Origin: a virus
Virus record (IMG/VR): IMGVR_UViG_3300027668_001405
Coordinates: 1 to 64,000 of that record
Strand: one strand, 5' to 3'
DNA length: 64,000 bases
Notes under the pieces: generated by a model
Seen by the model: only the letters and a program-made list of their open reading frames with translations
The model's database searches: none
Told to the model about the DNA's origin: nothing
Part shown: in pieces, positions 36,880-46,535 of the stretch
Layout: every line of letters begins with the position of its first letter
Numbering within the stretch: position 1 is the stretch's first letter
Made by a program: the position numbers and the translations under genes

Positions 36880-37626
36880 ATGAACAATAAAGAACTATAC
36901 ATGTTATGGCACGATCAGGGATTCCTTGGTACATGGCTATCGTGGTTTATTAATAGCCACAGCAACTTCGGACAATACAAAGGCAACTTTAAGCATACGC
37001 CAATTGCACAATCAAGTCGTACTACTAAAACATTTGAAGAACCTCTATACTTTAATCAATCTATTGGAACATGGAACTCTGTGCTTAGTCACAAGATACC
37101 TGCTAAGATACTTAACGAGAAGCCTAGCACGTATGATGAGCACATAGCTTGGTGTGATGCAATGGCTTGTAATAAAGACTACACAAAGCTAACTACACGC
37201 ATCTCTAACCACTTTACTCCCGAGCATGCATTAACGTATGACTTTGCATCTAGATTTAAAAAGCATGAAGTAAAAGTTACTAAGAACATTTGTATTCACG
37301 CAGGCGACTATGCAAGCATGATATCAGATAGGCTAAAAGACTTAACACACCATGACATCTATCATGCAAATCACGCACAGTTGCGTACAGAATGGATACA
37401 ACGTATTGACGATCGTAACGAACGTGTAAACTTTCCTTACCTAAGCACACTAGCACCTAATCACATTGTTGATATTAGTAGGCTTATGGGTGGAAGTAAA
37501 GTTGAGTATAGGCATTTACTAGAAGCAATAGGTGAAGAGCCACATCCCAATTGGAAATCTAAAATAGCAATGGCTAATGAAATGTTTACAAAATACCAAT
37601 GGGTGGAGCCTAATGTCATTGCATAA
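36880..37626 (+). CDS. hypothetical, paralogue of 20407
   Basis: GFLGTWLSWFINSH; sits directly before a radical SAM gene. Confidence 0.65.
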   Translation: MNNKELYMLWHDQGFLGTWLSWFINSHSNFGQYKGNFKHTPIAQSSRTTKTFEEPLYFNQSIGTWNSVLSHKIPAKILNEKPSTYDEHIAWCDAMACNKDYTKLTTRISNHFTPEHALTYDFASRFKKHEVKVTKNICIHAGDYASMISDRLKDLTHHDIYHANHAQLRTEWIQRIDDRNERVNFPYLSTLAPNHIVDISRLMGGSKVEYRHLLEAIGEEPHPNWKSKIAMANEMFTKYQWVEPNVIA

Positions 37627-37637
37627 ATAATGTAGCA

Positions 37638-38297
37638 ATGTATATATCTAACTCATTAGAAATTGAACTTACTACTAAATGCACACTAGGATGTTCAGCA
37701 TGTCCACGCAACGATCCTAAAGAGAATAGAGAAGATTGGGACGTTGGACATATTGATTTACAACTAGTGAAAAATATTATAGACCAAGACCATTACAAGT
37801 CTTTATTATTTGTAGGTTGCTATGGTGATCCAATTTATCATCCAGACTTTATAGAAATATGTCACTATGCAATTGCAAGGGAAAAGAGACTATTAATACA
37901 TACAAATGGTAGCTATAAAAAACAAAAGTGGTGGGACGAATTAGCTAAAGCTGATTGGAAGAAGTACCATAACTTTACATTTAGTGTAGATGGGTTAGAA
38001 GATACTAACGGAATATATCGTGAACGTATGCAATGGTCAAGTATAATAGCAGGTATGCAAGCAATGAGTAAAACCCGAGCTACAGTTGAATGGAAGATGT
38101 TAGTGTTTCCATATAACATACATCAAGTTCCAGAAGCACGTAGGCTAGCTGAAAGCATGGGAATAAGATTTACACCAGTAACAAGTGAACGAGGCCATGG
38201 AGCATATAAACATGAAACACCTGAAATCTTTATGTGGAAAAACAATCTAGAAGGAGAAGCCTTAGGCTTATCTGGAGTTCCAGGGTTGCCACAATGA
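37638..38297 (+). CDS. radical SAM enzyme (subfamily A, split)
   Basis: IELTTKCTLGCSACPR, GCYGDP, TNGS, FSVDGLEDTNGIYR. Confidence 0.9.
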   Translation: MYISNSLEIELTTKCTLGCSACPRNDPKENREDWDVGHIDLQLVKNIIDQDHYKSLLFVGCYGDPIYHPDFIEICHYAIAREKRLLIHTNGSYKKQKWWDELAKADWKKYHNFTFSVDGLEDTNGIYRERMQWSSIIAGMQAMSKTRATVEWKMLVFPYNIHQVPEARRLAESMGIRFTPVTSERGHGAYKHETPEIFMWKNNLEGEALGLSGVPGLPQ

Positions 38298-38617
38298 TTA
38301 GACCTAGATGTACAGAAAATGGAATGCCAATGTTTTTATCAGCAAGTAATATATTAAAGCCTTGTTGTTTTTTAAACACTACTAGGCAGTATAACTTTTT
38401 TAAAGAATGGGGCGAAGCAAGAGGATTAACAGTTGAAGCAGACTTAGATGCATCTAAGCATACAATGGAAACAATATTGTCTAGTCCTACTTGGCTAGCA
38501 TTGATTGAGAGTTTTAAACATCAAGGACAATCACCTAGTACATGTGAAAAACAGTGTGGTCCAGGATCGTACAAAAGCACAAGTGGAACTGCTAAACATA
38601 GCACTTTCAAAGAATAA
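38294..38617 (+). CDS. stand-alone SPASM/twitch domain protein
   Basis: Start 38294 (ATGA overlap): MIRPRC...LKPCC...TCEKQC. Confidence 0.8.
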   Translation: MIRPRCTENGMPMFLSASNILKPCCFLNTTRQYNFFKEWGEARGLTVEADLDASKHTMETILSSPTWLALIESFKHQGQSPSTCEKQCGPGSYKSTSGTAKHSTFKE

Positions 38618-38635
38618 ACACTATAAGGAAATATT

Positions 38636-39391
38636 ATGAAGATAGCCGTATTCGGTTGTGGTTTCGTAGGAGGAACCGTAGCAAACTTTCTAACTGAAAC
38701 AACAGACATAGAAGTAATTAAAGTAGACCCAAAATTATATCCAGATGTAGATCCATTAGATGCTGCAATTGCCGCTGATGGAATTATTATTGCGGTACCA
38801 ACACCAAGCAACCCAGACGGAAGTTGCGACGATAGTATGATACAGCAAGTATTATCTATGTGTGATTATCGTTCAAAGATACTAATCAAAAGCACAGTAA
38901 CACCAGACTTGCTACAAAACTATGATGTTAATGTAGTATACAATCCAGAGTTCTTAAGAGAAGCACACGCAGAAGAAGACTTTAAGAATCAACATACATT
39001 TATACTAGGACATCATGATAACAACAGAGCAGATGCTTTTTGGTGGGCAGATGTGTTCCAACGTAACATAACTGAATGTGTATTTACAAACAGACGTACA
39101 GCAAGCATGATCAAATATACACACAATTCTTGGCTAGCTACTAAGGTTGCATGGTTCCATGAGCTATATGCTAACCTACCACCTGAAGTAGACTATGGCA
39201 CTATTACTAGTACCTTAGCTAGATTTGACACTATTGGTAAAACACACATGGATGCACCAAATAGTCAAGGAACACTAGGTTATAGTGGTAATTGTTTCCC
39301 AAAAGACGTAAAAGCCTTGACAAAGGAAGTAAATCATAGTATACTTAGTACTGTAAATGAGACAAATAATAAACTTAATAAAGGAGATTAG
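38636..39391 (+). CDS. UDP-glucose/GDP-mannose dehydrogenase family protein (short form)
   Basis: GCGFVGG, IAVPTP, KSTV, YNPEFL, GYSGNCFPKD. Confidence 0.85.
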   Translation: MKIAVFGCGFVGGTVANFLTETTDIEVIKVDPKLYPDVDPLDAAIAADGIIIAVPTPSNPDGSCDDSMIQQVLSMCDYRSKILIKSTVTPDLLQNYDVNVVYNPEFLREAHAEEDFKNQHTFILGHHDNNRADAFWWADVFQRNITECVFTNRRTASMIKYTHNSWLATKVAWFHELYANLPPEVDYGTITSTLARFDTIGKTHMDAPNSQGTLGYSGNCFPKDVKALTKEVNHSILSTVNETNNKLNKGD

Positions 39392-39392
39392 C

Positions 39393-39884
39393 ATGTTCAA
39401 TATAAAAGAAGTAATGGCACTGAGTGCAGGTATTTTAATATTTTTGTTAGTAACTGGTGCGGCACAAGCAGATTCGCATTCAGCAGTGAAAGTTGACGGA
39501 TATGTCAAGCATCATTATAAAACTGTTACTACACAACAACAAACAAACAACAGGCAATGTCAAGAAGTAGACATTCCAATTTACGGCAATGACGGTGGCG
39601 AAGTTACTATACAGCAACTTTTTGGTGCTATCATTGGTGGTGTTGTAGGATCTAACGTAGGCAAAGGCAACGGCAAAACAATTGCTACTGCAACAGGCGC
39701 TGTTATTGGATCTCAAATTGGTAAAAACAACGCAACAAAGAAAAACATAATTGGTTATAAAAGACAGACAGTTTGTGAAGACAATCCGACATACAATAAT
39801 GTAACTACTCTTGTCTACTCGCATAGTACTATTAGATTTGCTGATGGTTCTGCACAGTACGACATTCGATTCAAAAAGCAGTAA
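39393..39884 (+). CDS. glycine-zipper 2TM envelope protein
   Basis: Start 39393 after AGGAG; GAIIGGVVGSNVGKGNGKTIATATGAVIG. Confidence 0.8.
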   Translation: MFNIKEVMALSAGILIFLLVTGAAQADSHSAVKVDGYVKHHYKTVTTQQQTNNRQCQEVDIPIYGNDGGEVTIQQLFGAIIGGVVGSNVGKGNGKTIATATGAVIGSQIGKNNATKKNIIGYKRQTVCEDNPTYNNVTTLVYSHSTIRFADGSAQYDIRFKKQ

Positions 39885-39896
39885 AGGAGCAGGACA

Positions 39897-40793
39897 TTGA
39901 AATTAAGGTATAGCGAAGCATTCTACAGTGTGCAAGGCGAAGGTAAGTTTGTAGGTGTACCAAGTGTATTTTTACGTACATTTGGTTGTAACTTTCGTTG
40001 CATGAACTTTGGATTGCCTAGGTCAGAACCAAGTAGAGCAGAGAAGCACACCGCAGGGCAACGATACAATGAAGAAGTATTGGGCCTAATCACAGAAGGT
40101 GTTCATCAAACAACAGAAAAGTTTACTGACTTACCTATTATACATACAGGGTGCGATACTTATGCAAGTATCTATCCTGAGTTTAAAGAGTATAATAAGC
40201 AAGCAGAAGTAGATGAAGTTGTTGAACACTTATTAAGTTTAACTCCCGAAGGCAAGTGGACTTGCGATAATGGTCAAGACATACACTTGATTATGACTGG
40301 TGGAGAACCCTTATTAGCTTGGCAACGAGTATACGTTGAGTTATTTAAGCACCCTAAGATGGCAGATTTAAAAAATGTTACATTTGAAACAAACACTACA
40401 CAACACTTACACGAAGACTTGTTTAAATATCTCAACGACAATGACGACATTACAGTCACTTGGAGTTGTTCCCCAAAACTTAGCGTTTCAGGAGAATCTT
40501 GGGAAGATGCTATTAAACCTAAAGTTGCTTTTGAGTATAGCCTTGTTGACAACAGCGACCTTTATCTTAAGTTTGTTGTCGCTGATCGTACTGATATTGA
40601 AGAAGCCGGTAGAGCTGTTCAAGCATATCGCGATGGTGGAGTTGAATGTCCGGTCTATCTTATGCCGATGGGCGGACGCAGTGAAGAATATAATCTCAAT
40701 GTGCAGGAAGTTGCAAATATCTGCATGGAAAAAGGCTGGAGATTTACCCCAAGATTACACATATCCCTCTTCGGAAACGCCTGGGGAACCTAA
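39897..40793 (+). CDS. queE: 7-carboxy-7-deazaguanine synthase (radical SAM)
   Basis: TTG start; EAFYSVQGEG, FLRTFGCNFRC, TGGEPL, CSPK, RFTPRLH. Confidence 0.92.
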   Translation: MKLRYSEAFYSVQGEGKFVGVPSVFLRTFGCNFRCMNFGLPRSEPSRAEKHTAGQRYNEEVLGLITEGVHQTTEKFTDLPIIHTGCDTYASIYPEFKEYNKQAEVDEVVEHLLSLTPEGKWTCDNGQDIHLIMTGGEPLLAWQRVYVELFKHPKMADLKNVTFETNTTQHLHEDLFKYLNDNDDITVTWSCSPKLSVSGESWEDAIKPKVAFEYSLVDNSDLYLKFVVADRTDIEEAGRAVQAYRDGGVECPVYLMPMGGRSEEYNLNVQEVANICMEKGWRFTPRLHISLFGNAWGT

Positions 40794-40949
40794 GGATTAT
40801 GATGACTATGTATCGCACTTTGCTAAACAACGCAAGTATAAGTCTGAAGCACATAAGAAGGCTATGCAAGCCAAGTACCCAAGAGACTTGGAAGACGACT
40901 TACGTAAAGCAGGAATGTAAGCCTAACATGGTTGTATGGAATTTAAGTA

Positions 40950-41132
40950 ATGAAGGATAAAATGGATAACACAACAGAAACACAATGCGAAGATTGCCGT
41001 ATAGAAATAACGACTAAAGGTATTACAGTAGATAGCAGTGAAGGTAACTTATACTTTGAAGCTATTATATTAGTAACAGTATTAGCCGTTGTTTACATTG
41101 GCAAGAAGCTAGTAGACAAGTATATTAAATGA
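40950..41132 (+). CDS. small membrane protein
   Basis: C-terminal hydrophobic helix. Confidence 0.6.
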   Translation: MKDKMDNTTETQCEDCRIEITTKGITVDSSEGNLYFEAIILVTVLAVVYIGKKLVDKYIK

Positions 41133-41524
41133 GTAAAATAACGGATTGGGCAGATGACTTGTCCATGCTAGAAGGCACAGAAAGACTAGTACATCTTATA
41201 GATTTAGCTAGGTTGCCTACAACATTGCCAGAAGCATTAAGAACTAAAGAGAATCTTATAGGCGGATGCATGTCTAAGATATGGGTTGATGTTGGTATAG
41301 TTGAAGAAAAGGTCAAAGTATATTATGATAGTGATGCAATGATTACAAAAGGTATTACACATGTAGTATGCGATTGCTTTTCAGATATACCAGTTGCAGA
41401 TTCAAAACAATTGAATAAAGCTAGCTTTGACAACTTAGGAGTAAAAGAACTTCTAACTTCTCAAAGACGGAATGGGCTAGGAAGTCTAATAGATACAATA
41501 ATACATAAGGTAAACAAACTATGA
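41129..41524 (+). CDS. sufE: SufE-like cysteine desulfuration protein
   Basis: IGGCMSKIWV, DSDAMITKG, LTSQRRNGL. Confidence 0.85.
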   Translation: MSKITDWADDLSMLEGTERLVHLIDLARLPTTLPEALRTKENLIGGCMSKIWVDVGIVEEKVKVYYDSDAMITKGITHVVCDCFSDIPVADSKQLNKASFDNLGVKELLTSQRRNGLGSLIDTIIHKVNKL

Positions 41525-42615
41525 ACGAAGGAAGTTATATTTTTACAAGCGAAAGTGTCAGTGATGGGCATCCAGATAAGGTAGCAGACCAAATCTCAGA
41601 TGTACTAGTTGACGCAGGACTAAAGAACGGTGATGAGACAACACGAGTTGCCGTAGAGACACTTGTAACCACTAACCATGTTACGGTAGCGGGTGAGGTA
41701 AAAAACTTCAATGTCAGTGACGATGATGTTAAAGAGTTAATTAAGAATAAAGTCAAAGAGATTGGCTACGAACAAGATGGATTCCATTGGGATAAACTAA
41801 AAATCTATAATGAGATTCATGCACAAAGTGGAGACATTGGTTTAGGTACTAATGACTTTGGAGCAGGAGATCAGGGAATGATGTTTGGCTATGCAAGTAA
41901 TGAGAACGAAGCATTTATGCCAGCACCTATTTACTTCTCGCATAAGATTCTACAAGAACTTAAATTTATGCGTTTAGATGGATATGAGTTTTTACTACCA
42001 GATGCTAAGTCACAAATTAGTGTGCAGTACGAAGGTGGTAAGCCTAAGCGTATTGATCAAATTGTAGTATCACATCAGCACAAGGACGGATTTGTTCATA
42101 GTGTTGTAGGTCCTGTTAGGAGTGCATGTGAAAAGGTATTAGGCGATTTAATTGACAAAAATACTGTATGGCATATTAACCCAACAGGCAACTTTGTTAT
42201 TGGTGGACCAGATGGAGACACTGGTGTAACAGGACGTAAGATTATCGTAGACACATATGGTGGATTTGCACCACATGGCGGTGGAGCATTTAGTGGAAAA
42301 GATCCTACTAAGGTTGATCGTTCAGCGGCTTACATGGCACGTTGGTTAGCAAAAAATGTAATAGCAGACGATATGGCAGATTGGTGTAATATCCAATTAA
42401 GCTATGCTATTGGCGTAAAGGAACCTACTAGCATTTATGTAGATTCTAATGGACACAACAGATCAATTCAGAACTTTATTAAGAACAATGTTGACCTTAC
42501 ACCAAAGGGAATCATTGATAAGTTTGATTTGTTTAACTTTAACAAGTACAGTGCGAATTGTACATACGGACACTTTGGTGATAAGGATGTACCGTGGGAA
42601 AAAATAGGATGGTAA
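41521..42615 (+). CDS. metK: S-adenosylmethionine synthetase
   Basis: ESVSDGHPDK, GAGDQG, GGGAFSGKD. Confidence 0.97.
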   Translation: MNEGSYIFTSESVSDGHPDKVADQISDVLVDAGLKNGDETTRVAVETLVTTNHVTVAGEVKNFNVSDDDVKELIKNKVKEIGYEQDGFHWDKLKIYNEIHAQSGDIGLGTNDFGAGDQGMMFGYASNENEAFMPAPIYFSHKILQELKFMRLDGYEFLLPDAKSQISVQYEGGKPKRIDQIVVSHQHKDGFVHSVVGPVRSACEKVLGDLIDKNTVWHINPTGNFVIGGPDGDTGVTGRKIIVDTYGGFAPHGGGAFSGKDPTKVDRSAAYMARWLAKNVIADDMADWCNIQLSYAIGVKEPTSIYVDSNGHNRSIQNFIKNNVDLTPKGIIDKFDLFNFNKYSANCTYGHFGDKDVPWEKIGW

Positions 42616-42617
42616 GT

Positions 42618-42935
42618 ATGGCTAAAAAAGATAAAACACTAGGTGAAAAAATAACAGGAATGTTTAAAAAAGCACCAGTTGAAAAAAAGAAAGAAGTAAG
42701 TGAAAAAGACAAAGCTACAGCAAAGGGAGAACCTTTTGTTAAAGTATTAGATATTAACTATGACAAGTCAAATCCAGGTGATGGATACTTTGAGTTGGAA
42801 TGGAATAATATCTTTGTTAAGAAGTTATTGGATGCTGGCTACAGTGGAGCAAATGAAAACGAAATCGTTGACAGTTGGTTTACAGGACTATGTAGGCAGA
42901 TATCTGAGGACCCAGGGTTTAAGGAAACAACGTAG
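42618..42935 (+). CDS. phage hypothetical protein
   Basis: Start uncertain (42609 or 42618); GEPFVKVL...YFELEWN. Confidence 0.7.
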   Translation: MAKKDKTLGEKITGMFKKAPVEKKKEVSEKDKATAKGEPFVKVLDINYDKSNPGDGYFELEWNNIFVKKLLDAGYSGANENEIVDSWFTGLCRQISEDPGFKETT

Positions 42936-42943
42936 GAATAATT

Positions 42944-43498
42944 ATGAATAAAATAGGAATGAGCGTACCAAACACAACGTGGAAAACACGTGTGCGTGAT
43001 GATAGTATCAGTGGGGACAACCCATTTAAGTGGCAAGACCTAGCAAATGTAGATGTGTTTGCTCATAAGCGTGTATTAGTATTTTCACTTCCAGGTGCAT
43101 TTACACCAACATGCTCTACGATGCAGTTGCCAGGTTTTGAAGAAAATGCAGATGCATTTTATAGTGCAGGAATTGAAGACATCTATTGTATTAGTGTTAA
43201 TGATAGTTTCGTAATGAACCGTTGGGGACAAACAGTCGTTGAGGGTGGATTACAAAACGTTAAGCTACTACCAGATGGTAACGGAGACTTTACTGCAGGC
43301 ATGGATATGTTAGTTGACAAAACGCATATTGGCTTTGGTCAGCGTTCATGGCGTTATGCAATGGTTGTGGATAAAGGAATAATTACACATTGGTTTGAAG
43401 AGCCTGGTTTTAATCAAACTGGAACTGATTCAGATCCGTATGGTGAGACTTCACCTGAGAATGTTTTAAATGCAATAACGATTGACATGCATCAATAA
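42944..43498 (+). CDS. peroxiredoxin (Prx5-type)
   Basis: LPGAFTPTCS, VNDSFVM..W, DGNGDF. Confidence 0.92.
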   Translation: MNKIGMSVPNTTWKTRVRDDSISGDNPFKWQDLANVDVFAHKRVLVFSLPGAFTPTCSTMQLPGFEENADAFYSAGIEDIYCISVNDSFVMNRWGQTVVEGGLQNVKLLPDGNGDFTAGMDMLVDKTHIGFGQRSWRYAMVVDKGIITHWFEEPGFNQTGTDSDPYGETSPENVLNAITIDMHQ

Positions 43499-43510
43499 TT
43501 GTGTTATTAT
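43482..43510 (+). promoter_or_regulatory. sigma70 promoter
   Basis: TTGACA-17-TATTAT. Confidence 0.7.
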
Positions 43511-43537
43511 AGTGTTAATAAATTTTAGATAAGGACT

Positions 43538-44539
43538 ATGAAGATGAGTTATATTTTAGTAGATGCAGCGAATATGTTCTTTCGTGCAAGACATGTAGTA
43601 CGTGGTAGTGATATGCATACAAAAATTGGTATGAGTTATCACATTATGTTTAATAGTATTAACAAGGTGTGGCGTGAGCAAAAAGGCACACATGTTGTTT
43701 TATGTCTTGAAGGACGTAGTTGGCGTAAAGATGCATATGAACCTTATAAGCGAAATCGTAGTGTAGCACGTGCCGCACTTAACGAAACTGAGCAAGATGA
43801 GGATCGTGCATTTTGGGAAGCATTTGATGAACTAAAAGCATTCTTCGAGAAACGTACTAATGTTACAGTATTACAACACAGTGAATGTGAAGCAGATGAC
43901 TTTATTGCTAGGTGGATCCAGAATCACCCTAACGATAAGCATTGCATAGTATCAAGTGACAGCGACTTTTATCAGTTACTAGGCCCTAACGTACAACAGT
44001 ATAATGGTATTACTGGACAGCTAATTACTACAGAAGGCATCTTTGATGACCGTGGTAAGCCTGTAATGGATAAAAAAACTAAGGAACCTAAACTCCTTGG
44101 AGACCCGCAGTGGTTGTTGTTTGAGAAATGTATTCGAGGCGACACAAGTGACAACGTGTTTAGTGCATGCCCAGGTGCTCGTAAGAAAGGCACTAAGAAC
44201 AAGGTTGGTATGCAAGAAGCGTTTGCAGATAAAGAGTCTAAGGGCTATAACTGGAATAACTTTATGCTACAACGTTGGGTAGATCATGAAGGTGTTGAGC
44301 ATCGTGTACTAGAAGATTACGAACGTAACAAACACATTATTGATTTAACACAACAGCCTGATAACATTAAGGCTTCGTTAGATGAAGCTATTGTTGAACA
44401 AGTCCAAAAAGAACACAAAGGACAAGTAGGCATACACTTTATGAAGTTCTGTGGTAAATGGGATATGCAACGTATTGTAGAAAAGGCTCAAGATCATTCT
44501 ACGTATCTAAATAGGAGCTATGCTAATGCACAAACTTAG
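43538..44539 (+). CDS. rnh: T4-type RNase H / 5'-3' flap exonuclease
   Basis: VDAANMFFR, EADDFIA, SSDSDFYQL, GDTSDNV. Confidence 0.88.
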   Translation: MKMSYILVDAANMFFRARHVVRGSDMHTKIGMSYHIMFNSINKVWREQKGTHVVLCLEGRSWRKDAYEPYKRNRSVARAALNETEQDEDRAFWEAFDELKAFFEKRTNVTVLQHSECEADDFIARWIQNHPNDKHCIVSSDSDFYQLLGPNVQQYNGITGQLITTEGIFDDRGKPVMDKKTKEPKLLGDPQWLLFEKCIRGDTSDNVFSACPGARKKGTKNKVGMQEAFADKESKGYNWNNFMLQRWVDHEGVEHRVLEDYERNKHIIDLTQQPDNIKASLDEAIVEQVQKEHKGQVGIHFMKFCGKWDMQRIVEKAQDHSTYLNRSYANAQT

Positions 44540-45248
44540 AGCATATGTATTTGATGTAGATGGTACACTAACACTTAGTAGAACTTTAATGGACCCAGAG
44601 TTCAAAAAGTTCTTTAAAAAGTTTGTAGAGTATCATAAAGTATATATTGTAACGGGCAGTGACTATCCTAAAACTTTAGAACAACTAGGCAAAGATACAA
44701 TGCATGCAGTAATACGTTCATACAATTGCAGTGGAAATAGTATATGGGAAAGAGGAGAGAACATCTTCAATAATCCATGGACAATTGAAGCAGATGCAAA
44801 TGCATTCTTAGAAAACGCATTACAAGAATCAAACTTTAAAATCAGAACTGGAACACACATTGAACAACGTCCTGGTATGGTAAACTTTAGTGTACTAGGC
44901 AGAGGCGCAACAACAGAACAACGTGCCGCTTATGTAGACTATGATGCTGATATGGGCGAACGTGCAGTTATTGCAACACAGTTTAATGCATTGTACGCAT
45001 CAACAGGACTTAATGCACATGTAGCAGGTGCAACAGGAATTGACATTGCTCCAATTGGTAAAGACAAAAGTCAGATACTAAAGGACTTTGACGATATGCA
45101 TGTTTATTTCTACGGAGATATGATGCAAGAAGGTGGTAACGACAGGCCACTAAAAAACGCAATCGAAGCTAGAAACAGTACACAAGATAGAACGTTTACA
45201 GTTACAGATTGGAAACATACATTTAACCTATTAAAGGAAGCATACTAA
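44526..45248 (+). CDS. HAD-IIB phosphomannomutase-like enzyme
   Basis: FDVDGTLT, TGSD, IEQRPGMVNFS, FYGD...GGND. Confidence 0.8.
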   Translation: MHKLRAYVFDVDGTLTLSRTLMDPEFKKFFKKFVEYHKVYIVTGSDYPKTLEQLGKDTMHAVIRSYNCSGNSIWERGENIFNNPWTIEADANAFLENALQESNFKIRTGTHIEQRPGMVNFSVLGRGATTEQRAAYVDYDADMGERAVIATQFNALYASTGLNAHVAGATGIDIAPIGKDKSQILKDFDDMHVYFYGDMMQEGGNDRPLKNAIEARNSTQDRTFTVTDWKHTFNLLKEAY

Positions 45249-45559
45249 TGGTAATCGATACAGCAGAAGGCATCAACTTGATGACTGGCACTAAAGTAGA
45301 ACGAACTGAACTTGAACTTCAGCTTCGTGATAATATTATGGAAGTTACATTTAACAAAATTAACGGCGACAAACGTATAATGAGCTGTACATTGAGTAAG
45401 AATGTTCTACCACCAGCAACTAAGAAAGATCCTCTAACACAGGAAAAGATTCGTAAAATTAACGAAGAAGTAATGAGTGTTTGGGATACAAATGCTAATG
45501 GCTTTCGTAGTTTCCGAATGGCAAATATTGTCGAAGTTAAACAACTAAAAGCAGTATAA
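45248..45559 (+). CDS. SH3-fold/WYL-like small protein
   Basis: VTFNKINGDKR...VWDTNANGFRSFR. Confidence 0.65.
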   Translation: MVIDTAEGINLMTGTKVERTELELQLRDNIMEVTFNKINGDKRIMSCTLSKNVLPPATKKDPLTQEKIRKINEEVMSVWDTNANGFRSFRMANIVEVKQLKAV

Positions 45560-45563
45560 TTAA

Positions 45564-46034
45564 ATGGCTCATAAGATTAAAGAAATCATTACTGACAAGT
45601 ATTGGATCGTTGAAAGTCCTTATATGAAGATAGGAACTATACGTAAAATACCTGAAGGCTATGAGTTCTTTAATCAAATTGAGAACACAAAGACGCTGTT
45701 AGACACCCTACAGGGCTTCAAATCAGCTACTGTAGCGCCTACAGACACAACTACACAAATTTATAAGGGACTACCTACAAACGCAACAGAATTACACCCT
45801 GAAGAGCACCCTACGCTACCCGCATTTAAAAAGACTAAGACTGGTAAAACAGTATTTGTTGCAGGCTATTATATTTTAAAATATACTGGCATGGGCTGGC
45901 AACATGCATTTTGTCCAAAATTAGAGACAGTTGACAAATATGAGACTAGAGGCCCCTATTTCACTGAGTGGGATATGAACTTAAATCTTAAGAAAGCAAA
46001 ATCGGAACCAAAAAATGAAACATCTTCCATTTAA
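45564..46034 (+). CDS. phage hypothetical protein
   Basis: 156-aa ORF. Confidence 0.7.
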   Translation: MAHKIKEIITDKYWIVESPYMKIGTIRKIPEGYEFFNQIENTKTLLDTLQGFKSATVAPTDTTTQIYKGLPTNATELHPEEHPTLPAFKKTKTGKTVFVAGYYILKYTGMGWQHAFCPKLETVDKYETRGPYFTEWDMNLNLKKAKSEPKNETSSI

Positions 46035-46461
46035 TTCAATTATGTTTTTTGCGACACTCATTCTATTAGCAGTAGCATATACTAGTGGAGCAATAGCACA
46101 GACTACCGGACCAAATAGTTTACTAGACGGAGATCAATACACAGACCCAACAGTTCCAGAAGAAGAAGCCCCAGATGCTGTACCTAAGAAGAATCAAAGC
46201 CAGCAATGGATATCTGCATCACGTCCTATTATGTGTAACAGTATACCCTATATTAAAGGTTGGTTACAAGCTAAAGGACAAGTTATGATTGGCTCAGGAC
46301 ATAAACCAAAAGAGTATATGCCAAGTGATCCATTCGATGGTATTATCCTTTTAATGAACTTAGAAACAAAAGAGTATACCATGTTGTTAGTTAGTGCAGA
46401 GCATAACTTAGCTTGCATAACGGCAGCAGGTGCATCATTCACAACAGGTGGTGTCAAATAG
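46015..46461 (+). CDS. secreted hypothetical protein
   Basis: Signal peptide; two Cys. Confidence 0.7.
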   Translation: MKHLPFNSIMFFATLILLAVAYTSGAIAQTTGPNSLLDGDQYTDPTVPEEEAPDAVPKKNQSQQWISASRPIMCNSIPYIKGWLQAKGQVMIGSGHKPKEYMPSDPFDGIILLMNLETKEYTMLLVSAEHNLACITAAGASFTTGGVK

Positions 46462-46502
46462 TAAAATAATAAACCGTTAAGTCTAGTTTTATCTTCCATT
46501 TG

Positions 46503-46510
46503 TATAAATA
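46503..46510 (+). promoter_or_regulatory. T4-late-type promoter box
   Basis: Exact TATAAATA in the intergenic gap before 46536. Confidence 0.6.
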
Positions 46511-46535
46511 CAAGTAATAGGAGAAACAAATACTA

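Noticed and set aside
7821-43498. Bacterial chromosome origin suggested by tctAC, metK, sufE, galE and folE
   Set aside because: These genes are interspersed with T4-type replication genes and small phage ORFs, with no housekeeping operon structure.
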